DNA of 64,000 nt from Candidatus Krumholzibacteriia bacterium (lineage in GTDB: Bacteria; Krumholzibacteriota; Krumholzibacteriia; JAJRXK01). Within the stretch, counting starts at the first letter, position 1. Every line of letters starts with the position of its first letter. The notes under the pieces are model-generated. The model was given only the letters and a program-made list of their open reading frames with translations, was not told the origin of the DNA and made no database searches. Positions 19,501 to 27,072 of this stretch are shown here, piece after piece. The DNA lies in assembly GCA_041484665.1 (NCBI GenBank), contig JBGPIA010000014.1, forward strand, positions 59,309 to 123,308, written 5' to 3'. Position numbers and translations under genes: made by a program.

Positions 19501-20939
19501 CCGGTGAGCACATCGAGCGCCCCCTGCCCGTTGCCGCCCACGATGCGGCCCGTGAAGGTCCGGTCGCGCGGCACGATCCGCAGCCCGTTGCTCAGGAAAT
19601 GGATCTGGTGGTTGTTGTAGCCGGCCACGTGCACGTCATCGTCGAGGATCACGGCGTGCACCCCGTTGGGGAGGAAGTCATCGCCAGGCCAGTCTTGCAC
19701 CCCCGCGCTGGGATATCGCGCCGGATCCAGCCAGGTGCGCTCCGGGATCCAAGCGGTGTGCGGCACGTAGCCGTAGCGATACGCCACCATGTCCGACTCG
19801 GTGTGCACGGACCAGCTGTTCATCGCATCGGTCACGAAGGGCATGATGTGCTGGGCGTACGCGCTGGTGAGCATGGCGACCCACCCCGCCTGCACGCCGG
19901 TGGCGAGCCAGGCATTGAAGCCGATGGGACTGCCGTTGTTGGCGTCCCACTGCGCGGCCGTGATCAAGGGGCCCGACAGGTGGAAGTTGCCCGGAACACC
20001 GGTGGTCTGGTGGATGCGGAGCGTCTCATCGAAGCCGCTGCCCTGTGGGTCATCGGCGCGCCCGAAGAACACGTCGGTAGAGGCGAGCCCCTGGTTGCCG
20101 TGGTGGGCGAACGCGCAGTGCGCCTCGCTGACCGCGGTTCGCGGGTACGTCCCGGCGATCTCGTCGATGACAGGATCCGCAGGCGGTGGCGCGGTGTCAC
20201 TGTGCAGCGGCAGCGGGGCCGCGGCGGCGAGCGATTGCACCCGGATCCGCAGCGGCTCCGTGGCGCTCGCTTTTGCCACCTCGCGCAGGAGGGTACCGTC
20301 GCCGGGTACCAGCATCAGGAGCACCTCGCCCGCAACGGCGGTTGCGCCGACGACGGCCGACGGGCTCACGCCGCCCGACACGCCGTGGTCAGGTCCTGCG
20401 GCCGCGGCCAGATCCACGATCCCGCCGGCGTCGAGGGCGCGCCGGGGCTCGAGCTCGCGCAGGAACAGGACCGTCCCCCGGGCGTCGGTCATGCCCAGCC
20501 GCAGACGGCCACCTTCGCGCCAGAAGCGCTGGCTTTGCATCGACGGCCCGCCGGTCATGTCCACGCGCACCAGGATGTCGCCACCCTCCAGGGGGCGGAC
20601 CCAGAGGCTCAGCAGATCTGCGCCCGCGTCACCCCGCGCGTCGGTCGCGGCATCAACAGCGATCAGATCGGGGGGCCTCAACTGGGGCAATCCGACGGCG
20701 GCGGTCGCTGCCCGGCCGGTGGGCGGGAGCGGCACGAGCGTCAGGACGGCCAGCAGGCCCAGGCAGGCCAGGAAACCACGCCGGATCAGCGGGCCCGGCC
20801 GGGTGCGTGTGCCGGAGCGGGTCGGGAGGTCGCGCCGGGCCGGCAGGCCGTTCCAAATCGGGCATTGGAGACCGCTGCGCGAGTCCCCTGAGCAGGGGCG
20901 GCGATGGGAGCGCGACGCAGCATGGCTCATGCGGCGCAT
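16560..20939 (-). CDS. Secreted GH57-family glycoside hydrolase (amylase/4-alpha-glucanotransferase-like) with accessory domains and FlgD-Ig/T9SS-like CTD; start uncertain
   Basis: GH57 motifs HHGNQ, HLSGPL, TSAYAQHIMP, WIPERTW (nucleophile Glu), AEDWE (acid/base Asp); DLDEDGYDEVVLHN C-terminal domain; PNPFNP..RKITLAK. Confidence 0.8.
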   Translation of the reverse strand: MRRMSHAASRSHRRPCSGDSRSGLQCPIWNGLPARRDLPTRSGTRTRPGPLIRRGFLACLGLLAVLTLVPLPPTGRAATAAVGLPQLRPPDLIAVDAATDARGDAGADLLSLWVRPLEGGDILVRVDMTGGPSMQSQRFWREGGRLRLGMTDARGTVLFLRELEPRRALDAGGIVDLAAAAGPDHGVSGGVSPSAVVGATAVAGEVLLMLVPGDGTLLREVAKASATEPLRIRVQSLAAAAPLPLHSDTAPPPADPVIDEIAGTYPRTAVSEAHCAFAHHGNQGLASTDVFFGRADDPQGSGFDETLRIHQTTGVPGNFHLSGPLITAAQWDANNGSPIGFNAWLATGVQAGWVAMLTSAYAQHIMPFVTDAMNSWSVHTESDMVAYRYGYVPHTAWIPERTWLDPARYPSAGVQDWPGDDFLPNGVHAVILDDDVHVAGYNNHQIHFLSNGLRIVPRDRTFTGRIVGGNGQGALDVLTGLANSGVGQYRIAVYAEDWEAAAEMGSWATATPQAKETYDWFINKVASEAWIHVWRLDDALDNPDFNGATIPQLTLGCYQEIGGTAGYGGGNNGWYTHWAGFVPYVTGGNGSGACAGTAGNCRNYGALWTAAVNKLLSVPSNNLSESGWYVLMTNLHETAWHDGFGGPISGWEHTYSAKTKNALVYAEAARWAAGLYGNPTGAFVADLDEDGYDEVVLHNERIFACFEGIGGRAVNIFAKGTGYEFSAVGVDNAYWYGTEADYNDGNHVGAFSDVGPNTQHDPYAWTIDSAAGSTVAVTFRHPGGLQKTFTLDTGQPYIRATYRTAAQTTYIQTGMSPDLLDLIWRAQMDRVWTPDRAYMGRRNPNTGATVAYVLGTAGADHQREFSGQIMKGDEIVGSGAFEFYLYAGQTSAPVGGEIAQLRALAGALVDVLGPRPESAVYLPGTDRLRVTFDQGAAPGGLVPGGFAVDGNGDGVPEVVLGAGTTVVETTPALTLSLQLTPAEAAALEALNHAALRLLVSAGSVRDAGGVAGPARTIGLSYGAATAVAIDGHVEAAQWQRPCNKVFLDPPGDSIWTASNELDGVYARWDATYLYLAIDGTASSNSWILYLDTDPGGPNGQSDLSAIDAWERGAHFLQASFKPDFEYGCYQHQGQYDSDSFFRIVSASATVNLSAQILSAFDSQHVYAGGGGSEIAIPWEVLYGLGPGHVPPGAQIGFVASLCWDPDPDGQLGGDVLPNAIAATLPNVDNHLSFVVDGDGDGLPDLEDMAGPLLLSATVQSTGGSPYRVLLAFNEAVDAGSATQPANYTIFDTQVPASTIAVTAAQSGPAPALVLLETQAVPAAGRYSLLASNVRDVSCNANAMTPNQMVAIADPVTAVPALAAGHAVLLPNVPNPFNPATSIRFFVPPHDAAARVHLTLHDLRGRLVTLLLDGVPVGIGEHRMTWAGTDQSGAAVASGEYVVRLQIGETILTRKITLAK

Positions 20940-21023
20940 AGGGGGTCGGCGCCTGGTTCTGGAGCACGATCGAGCGGAGAGGCGGCAGGACGTGGGGCGA
21001 GGCTACCTCCCTTGGACTTCGCG

Positions 21024-21032
21024 AGTATATCA
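21024..21032 (-). promoter_or_regulatory. Extended -10 element upstream of the GH57 gene
   Basis: TGATATACT on the minus strand in a short AT-rich patch. Confidence 0.4.
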
Positions 21033-21062
21033 TAGGAAATGAGCCCCCCGGGGGGGTAGGGA

Positions 21063-21884
21063 CTACCCCTTGACCCCTCCCAACGTGAGGCCTCCCACCA
21101 GGAACCGGCTCAGCAGCAGGAACAGGACGACGACCGGAACGGCCACCAGCAACGATCCCGCCGCGTAGTTGGCCCACTCGGTCTGGAAGGTGCTCGCCAG
21201 GCTCTCCAGGCCCAGCGGCAGGGTGTAGATGTCCCGGCTCACGATCAGCACGCGAGCGACGATGAACTCGGCCCACCCCGCCATGAAGCTGAACAGGGCT
21301 GTGATCACCAGCGCCGGCGCCGACAGTGGCAGCGTGACGCGGCGGAAGGCCTGCAGCTCGTTCATGCCGTCGATGAGGGCGGCCTCCTCCAGCGAGCGCG
21401 GGATCGTGTCGTAGTAGCCCTTCATGGTCCAGATGCAGAATGGCAGGGCCGTGGCCGTGTAGGCCAAGACCACCCCGCCGAGCGTGTTCACCAAGCCGAC
21501 CTTGCGCATGAGCAGATACAACGGGAGTAGCAGCATGGTGGCGGGGAACATCTGCGTCATGAGCACCGCGAACAGCCAGGCTCCCTTGCCCGGCAGGCGG
21601 AAGCGGCTCAGCGCGTAGGCCGCGGTCGAGGCCAGCGACACACCTAGGAGCGCCGTGGCCAGGGCCACCAGCAGGCTGTTGCGCATCCACAACAGGAAGG
21701 GCCTCTGCAGCAGCATGACCCGATAGGCGGCGAAGGTGGCTCCGCGCGGGATCGGGTCGAGGCTCGTCGTGTAGAGCGTATCGCTGGGGCGCAGGCTGAT
21801 CGTGAAGATCTGCATGACCGGGTAGACCGTCACCAGGCACAGCACGACACTCAGCACGTGCCAACGCAATGCGCGCAGGGACAT
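21063..21884 (-). CDS. malG: Maltose/maltodextrin ABC transporter permease (MalG-like)
   Basis: TM helices; KGYYDTIPRSLEEAALIDG EAA loop; GGLTLGGVKG C-terminus. Confidence 0.92.
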   Translation of the reverse strand: MSLRALRWHVLSVVLCLVTVYPVMQIFTISLRPSDTLYTTSLDPIPRGATFAAYRVMLLQRPFLLWMRNSLLVALATALLGVSLASTAAYALSRFRLPGKGAWLFAVLMTQMFPATMLLLPLYLLMRKVGLVNTLGGVVLAYTATALPFCIWTMKGYYDTIPRSLEEAALIDGMNELQAFRRVTLPLSAPALVITALFSFMAGWAEFIVARVLIVSRDIYTLPLGLESLASTFQTEWANYAAGSLLVAVPVVVLFLLLSRFLVGGLTLGGVKG

Positions 21885-21893
21885 GGCGACCTC

Positions 21894-22766
21894 CTACGCC
21901 CAGGTGGGCCGCTGGCTCCGCCGATAGCTCACCCAGGTCAGCCCCATCAAGATGAAGAAGATCAGGACGCTGAACGCCGCGGCGTAGCCGTAGCGGTAGT
22001 AGTTGAAGGCGGCCTTGTACACGTACGTTACCAGGATGTGGGTCTTGTCCCCCGGCTCTCCCTGGTTGGTCACCAGCCAGATGACATTGAGATTGTTGAA
22101 CGTCCAGATCGTGCCCAGGATCACGGCGGGCAGGAGCACGGGCCGCAGCAGCGGCAGCGTGATCGTGCGCAGTCTCCACCAGCGGCCGGCCCCGTCGAGC
22201 TCGGCAGCCTCGTAGAGCTCCTGGGGGATGCTCTGGAGCCCGCCCAGCGCCACGACCATCATGAACGGGAAGCCCAGCCAGATGTTGGTGATGGTGGGCG
22301 CCAGAAAGGCCGCCACCTCGTTGCCGAACCAGGGCACCGCCGGCACCCCCAGCTTGCCCAGCAGCAGGTTCACCGCGCCGTAGCGGTAGTTGAACATCCC
22401 GCGCCAGCTCAGCGCCGCGATGTACTGCGGAAGCGCCCACGGCAGGATCAGCAGTGCGCGGTAGATGCCACGCCCCCGGTACGGCTTGTTTAGGAGCAGC
22501 GCCAGCGTCACGCCGATCGTCACATGGAAGAACACGTTGACGGCGGTCCAAACGACCGTGCGCAGCAGGTAGTTCCACAGCTCTGGCTCGCGGAAGATGC
22601 GTGCGTACTGGCGCAGGCCGACGAACGAGGCGCCGTCCTTGATGGTGTACAGGCCCAGGTTCGTGAAGCTCAGTCCGATGTTATATGCGAACGGCCACGC
22701 CACGACGGCCACCAGCACCAACAGCGCGGGCAAGAGGAACAGCAGCGCCGTGCGGTTGCGCGTCAC
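21894..22766 (-). CDS. malF: Maltose/maltodextrin ABC transporter permease (MalF-like)
   Basis: GTG overlapping the malE stop; NIWLGFPFMM..LQSIPQELYEAAELDGA; TFNNLN; YGYAAA. Confidence 0.92.
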   Translation of the reverse strand: MTRNRTALLFLLPALLVLVAVVAWPFAYNIGLSFTNLGLYTIKDGASFVGLRQYARIFREPELWNYLLRTVVWTAVNVFFHVTIGVTLALLLNKPYRGRGIYRALLILPWALPQYIAALSWRGMFNYRYGAVNLLLGKLGVPAVPWFGNEVAAFLAPTITNIWLGFPFMMVVALGGLQSIPQELYEAAELDGAGRWWRLRTITLPLLRPVLLPAVILGTIWTFNNLNVIWLVTNQGEPGDKTHILVTYVYKAAFNYYRYGYAAAFSVLIFFILMGLTWVSYRRSQRPTWA

Positions 22767-24028
22767 AGGCGCAGCTCCTCGATCTTGCGCACGGCCTGCG
22801 CTTGCATCCAGGCCGGAGCCTGCTGTGGGCTCATGGCGCCGCCGAGCACCTGCTGGTAGGCGGTACGCATCACGTCCCAGATCACCCGCATCTCCGGCAC
22901 GATGGGCATGGGCCGGCCGCGCCGCAGCTGCTCCCAGCTGGTGTGCAGCATCGCGTTGCCGGCGATGTCGGGCCAGGCGGCCACGTCGATGCGGCTGGGC
23001 AGAGCGCCGAGGCTGCGCGACACCTCGGCTACCTTGCGCGCCGAGGTCAGGAATGTCAGCAGCTCCAGCACCAGCGCGCGGCGCGCGGGCGGCACGTGCA
23101 CGCTCATGGAGTAGCCCAGCGCCGCCGTCATGGGCGTGGGATAGAGGCCGCTCTGCGAGATGCGCGGCAGGACGGCCAGGCCGACGTCGATGCCCGCGTC
23201 GCGGTAGCTCTGCCACGACCACGGGCCATTGACCGCATAGGCAGCGGCGCCCTGCTTGAACAGGGTGTCCATGAGCGGGTAGTCGCAGTTGGGCGGGATG
23301 ACGCCGCTCTGCGCGATCGACCGCATGAACTCCAGCGCTTGCGTTTGCGCGGGCGTGTCCAGCGTCGGTCGGCCCTGCTCGTCCATGACCCACCCGCCGA
23401 AGCCCCCCAGCCACGGCACCAGCCAGAACGGCTCGGTGAGGTTCATCACGATGCCGTAACGATCGATGCGCCCGTCGCCGTCGAGGTCGCGCGTGAGCTC
23501 CTTCGCCTGGCGCAGCCAGAGGTCGGTGTCCGTGGCCGGCTCGTGCACCAGGGCCTTGTTGTAGACCAGCGTCAGGTGGTTGCCCACCTGGTCGGCCAGG
23601 GCGTAGACGTGTCCCGAAAGGCCCGGCCGCGCGGCCTCTACGAACAGCTTAAGCGTGTCGGGATCGACCAGGCCCTCCAGCGGCAAAATGAGGCCCATGA
23701 TGCTGAAGGGCCCCACCTGATCCGAGGGGCCGTACACGAGGTCGGGGCCCGCTCCGGCGAGGCCCGCCGTCTGGAATTGCGTGCGCAGCTTGTCGGTCTC
23801 GAAGTGGTTGGTCTCGACGGTGACGCCCGGGTGCAGGCGCTCGAACTCCGTGAGCTGGCGCGCGAGCACGGCCTGCTGCGCGGGATCCATCTGCTCCCAG
23901 AGACTGAGGCGGGTGGCGGCATCGGGCCGGGGAGCGCAAGCGACCGCGCACAGGACCAATCCCGCAACGGCCGCCGCCGCCAGCAGCGCGGCCGGGTTCC
24001 GCTGTGGGAAGCCACCCGGCCGGGTCAT
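22763..24028 (-). CDS. malE: Maltodextrin-binding lipoprotein of the ABC transporter (MalE-like)
   Basis: Lipobox AVAC; GPDL, LVYNKAL, NGPW, PMPIVPEMRVIW motifs. Confidence 0.9.
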   Translation of the reverse strand: MTRPGGFPQRNPAALLAAAAVAGLVLCAVACAPRPDAATRLSLWEQMDPAQQAVLARQLTEFERLHPGVTVETNHFETDKLRTQFQTAGLAGAGPDLVYGPSDQVGPFSIMGLILPLEGLVDPDTLKLFVEAARPGLSGHVYALADQVGNHLTLVYNKALVHEPATDTDLWLRQAKELTRDLDGDGRIDRYGIVMNLTEPFWLVPWLGGFGGWVMDEQGRPTLDTPAQTQALEFMRSIAQSGVIPPNCDYPLMDTLFKQGAAAYAVNGPWSWQSYRDAGIDVGLAVLPRISQSGLYPTPMTAALGYSMSVHVPPARRALVLELLTFLTSARKVAEVSRSLGALPSRIDVAAWPDIAGNAMLHTSWEQLRRGRPMPIVPEMRVIWDVMRTAYQQVLGGAMSPQQAPAWMQAQAVRKIEELRL

Positions 24029-24774
24029 TGGCTCACATGGACGATGGAGTTCGTTCCACCTTGCCCGTCGTCGGCGCTTTCGGGGTTGTCCGGGTCGGTG
24101 AGCCAGACATCATCGACCACGAATTTGTACCCGTAGTCGCCCGCCGACAGCGAGACCGTGGCGCGCCAGACTCCCAAGGCGTCCAGCGTCATGGCCTGCG
24201 CTTTGGGATCCCAGAGGGCGAAGTCGCCAGTGACGTAGACCTGCTTGGCTTGCGCGTGTCCGCCCAGCGTGAACTCGTGGGGGATGGTACGCTGGCTGCG
24301 TGATCCGGTGTCCAGCGAGCGGGAGATGTAGCTCTCCGAGTACGCGTACTTGACGTTGGAAGGCACCACGAGCACCGAGTTGAGCCCACCGAAATGGTCG
24401 TCGGTGGTCTCGGGGTTCCCCGGATCGTGCTGCCAATCCACCTGGTCGACCACAAACTTGTACTGATAGCGCCCCGGTGGCAGCGGCAAGGTGATCTCCC
24501 AGATGCCGTCGCCGTCGAGGTCCTTCATTCCGTCGATGTTGGGGTCGAGGCGGCCTCCGTTGGCGGTGCCCAGCCAGTTGTTGAACTCGCCGGCGAGGTT
24601 GATCTGGCGTGCGGCGGGGGCCTTGTAGCGGAACCGCATCCCGTTGCGGGTGGGCTCCGGCGGCGGCAGGCGGTCCTCGATGAACCCGAGGAGCGAGCAG
24701 CCCCCCAGCAGCAGCAGGCCCGCCAGCGAGAGCGCGCAAGCGAATCGCCGGCCTTGGACGTCGCCGCGTCTCAG
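24025..24774 (-). CDS. Lipoprotein with two CBM48/AMPK-beta-type glycogen-binding domains; start uncertain (CTG24774 or TTG24915)
   Basis: Lipobox LLGGC; LAGEFNNW..DGDGIWEITLPLPPGRYQYKFVVD..DPGNP and a second VTGDF..W..GDYGYKFVVD..DPDNP. Confidence 0.82.
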   Translation of the reverse strand: MRRGDVQGRRFACALSLAGLLLLGGCSLLGFIEDRLPPPEPTRNGMRFRYKAPAARQINLAGEFNNWLGTANGGRLDPNIDGMKDLDGDGIWEITLPLPPGRYQYKFVVDQVDWQHDPGNPETTDDHFGGLNSVLVVPSNVKYAYSESYISRSLDTGSRSQRTIPHEFTLGGHAQAKQVYVTGDFALWDPKAQAMTLDALGVWRATVSLSAGDYGYKFVVDDVWLTDPDNPESADDGQGGTNSIVHVSQ

Positions 24775-27056
24775 AACGTCACCACCGCGTTGAAGACCAC
24801 CTGGCGGCGGTCCGTGAGCGCCTGCTCTGCCCTCAGCACGTTGACCGGGTTGTAGGGGTCCAACCGCAGATCGAACAGATAGCCGTCGCGGAACTGCTGG
24901 CGCCCGTTCGGCCAACCCTCGGGCGAGATGACCTTGTAGAAGGTCGGGTCCACGCCGTAGCCCACGTGCAGCTGCACGGCGTTGGCCGGCCGGTAGACGA
25001 ATGCCGCAAAGGCCGAGAAGAAGTTCCGGTCCAGATCCAGCACCTGGCCGTTGGCGTCCAAAAGGTCGCCTTTGCCAGCGTATCGGATGTAGCGCAGATC
25101 GAACCGCAACGCCAGGTCCTTACCCCGCAGGCGTCCGCCGGTGGGGACCAGCCCACTCAGGGTCCACTCCGTGCTGTTGAGCCGCAGCAGCTCACCGTTG
25201 CCCTGGCCCGGCACGGGCGAGACCACGGCTGCCGCGCCCGTCGTGGTGAACTGCAGCGGGTCAGCAGTGCGCAGGAACTGCGACTCCAGCGTGATGTGCT
25301 GGTCGGCAGCGGCGAATGGCCGCCAGTGCAGCTGGGGGCTGGTTCGCCAGGTCCAGCGATCCAACGTAGCGGGGCCGCTGCCGAGCAGGCTCGTGTAGTC
25401 GAGGTTTTCGCGGTCGCGCTCGTAGCCCAGCAGTGCCTCCCACTGCCCCACCCGGTACGCGAGGTCCAGCCGCGAAACGTGCTCTTGACGCTGCGGGCGG
25501 GGACCCAACCTCAAGATATCCAGGGCGTCCGTGCCGTTGACATCCTGGTAGCTGGTCACCGCGGCCGCGTCGACGTAGTAGTCGCGGTCGGACAGCATGC
25601 TGCCGGGGACGGTGCGATACACGACGAAATTCTCACCGGCATCCATCCCCTGGTTCCAGCGGACCTCGTGGCTCACAACGGTCGTCAGGCCCTTCCACTC
25701 GTGGTCGAGCAGGAGCTTGCCGCGGTAGCCGCGCTCGTTGCCGATGGGGATGTCGACCTTACCGTTGACGAAGCCGTTGCCTTGGACCTTCTCCCGATTG
25801 CCCAGGTCCCAGCGCGCCGCATACCAGACGTAGCCGAGCGCGGCTCGAGCGTTCAGATGCGCAATGCGTGGAACCGGACTGGTCACATCCACGGCGACAG
25901 TGTGGCGGTCGTTGGCCAGCTCGAAGTTGTCGGATTTGTCTTGGTCCCGGCGCTGGCTCGCGGCCCGGAAGGCCACCAGATCCGCTGGATACGAGTTCAC
26001 CGAGCTGGTGAAGTTCACCCACCAGTCGCTGAACTCCCCCCGGTAGGTGAGGCCAACCGCGCGCGCGCCCAGCGGGCGTGTCCAGCGCAGCCCGACCACG
26101 TCGGTGCCGGTGTTTTGATTGAGTCCCTCCTTGCGCGGCACGAGCACCGTCGGAGCGCTGGGATTGAAGATGTCCTCGTCATAGGTGTCGGCGTACAGCA
26201 GCGCCAGGTTGCTCCCCCAGGGCGTGGCGCGCAGGACGACCCCCTGCGTCCCCTGACCGAACGGCCGCTGCTCGCGCCCGATGGTCCCGCGCAGGTCCTG
26301 GTGGCCCAGCAGCTCGAAGGGGTCCCCGCTGTCGAACGCCTCCTCGTTGTAGAAGGCCTGCGCCTGGAAGTGGTCGTCGATGAAGTTGCTCTGGGCCTTG
26401 TACAGGTCGGTGGCCAGCTCGTTGGCGCCCCCCTCGCCGGTCTTCAACTGCAAGCGCACGGTCCCCCACAACCTGGGGCTGAGGTTCGCCGTGACGTCGA
26501 GGTTGAACTGGTCGTCGGGGCGCTCCAGCCGCAGGCGCGCGTCACCGTTGTCGTCGCTGGTGCTCTGCATCAGCATGCGAAAGAAGCCGCCCAGGTAAAC
26601 GCGGTTGTGCAGCGGCGTGTTCGAGACCACCGGCGTGCCCGATGGGATCGCCGGCACTGCAGCCGCCGACCCTTCCCGCGCGAGCTTGAGATCGGCGCCG
26701 ACTTTGACCAACGAGTTGCCGTACTCACCACCGGTCAGCGGGTTGTCGGGGTCGGCCACCCAGGTACCGCCGTTGACGACGAACTTGTATTCGTAGCTAC
26801 CGGCCGCGAGCTTGACCACGACCGTCCAGGTCCCGTCGCCGTCCTGGTCGGACATGGATGAGGCGGTGGTGTTCCAGTCGTTGAAGCTGCCTGCCAGGCT
26901 CACCGACGTGGCTCCCGGATCCGTATAGCTGAAGAGGACTCCGCCCTCGCCGTCGGCCACCGCCGCGCGGGCGGCCGGCGCGCACGGAAGCAGCAGGGGC
27001 AGCGCCAGCAGCAGCGACAAGGTCTGCGTCCAGCGAATCCGGCGCGTGACGATCAT
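24771..27056 (-). CDS. CBM48 domain fused to a putative outer-membrane beta-barrel
   Basis: SD plus signal peptide; LAGSFNDW..DGDGTW..YEYKFVVNGG..DPDNP; amphipathic beta-strands and C-terminal Phe (VVFNAVVTF). Confidence 0.75.
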   Translation of the reverse strand: MIVTRRIRWTQTLSLLLALPLLLPCAPAARAAVADGEGGVLFSYTDPGATSVSLAGSFNDWNTTASSMSDQDGDGTWTVVVKLAAGSYEYKFVVNGGTWVADPDNPLTGGEYGNSLVKVGADLKLAREGSAAAVPAIPSGTPVVSNTPLHNRVYLGGFFRMLMQSTSDDNGDARLRLERPDDQFNLDVTANLSPRLWGTVRLQLKTGEGGANELATDLYKAQSNFIDDHFQAQAFYNEEAFDSGDPFELLGHQDLRGTIGREQRPFGQGTQGVVLRATPWGSNLALLYADTYDEDIFNPSAPTVLVPRKEGLNQNTGTDVVGLRWTRPLGARAVGLTYRGEFSDWWVNFTSSVNSYPADLVAFRAASQRRDQDKSDNFELANDRHTVAVDVTSPVPRIAHLNARAALGYVWYAARWDLGNREKVQGNGFVNGKVDIPIGNERGYRGKLLLDHEWKGLTTVVSHEVRWNQGMDAGENFVVYRTVPGSMLSDRDYYVDAAAVTSYQDVNGTDALDILRLGPRPQRQEHVSRLDLAYRVGQWEALLGYERDRENLDYTSLLGSGPATLDRWTWRTSPQLHWRPFAAADQHITLESQFLRTADPLQFTTTGAAAVVSPVPGQGNGELLRLNSTEWTLSGLVPTGGRLRGKDLALRFDLRYIRYAGKGDLLDANGQVLDLDRNFFSAFAAFVYRPANAVQLHVGYGVDPTFYKVISPEGWPNGRQQFRDGYLFDLRLDPYNPVNVLRAEQALTDRRQVVFNAVVTF

Positions 27057-27072
27057 CTCCTCTGCTCCTTCC

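Noticed and set aside
21005..21013. Strong SD-like AAGGGAGGT on the minus strand upstream of the GH57 gene
   Set aside because: No start codon at a usable distance; role unclear
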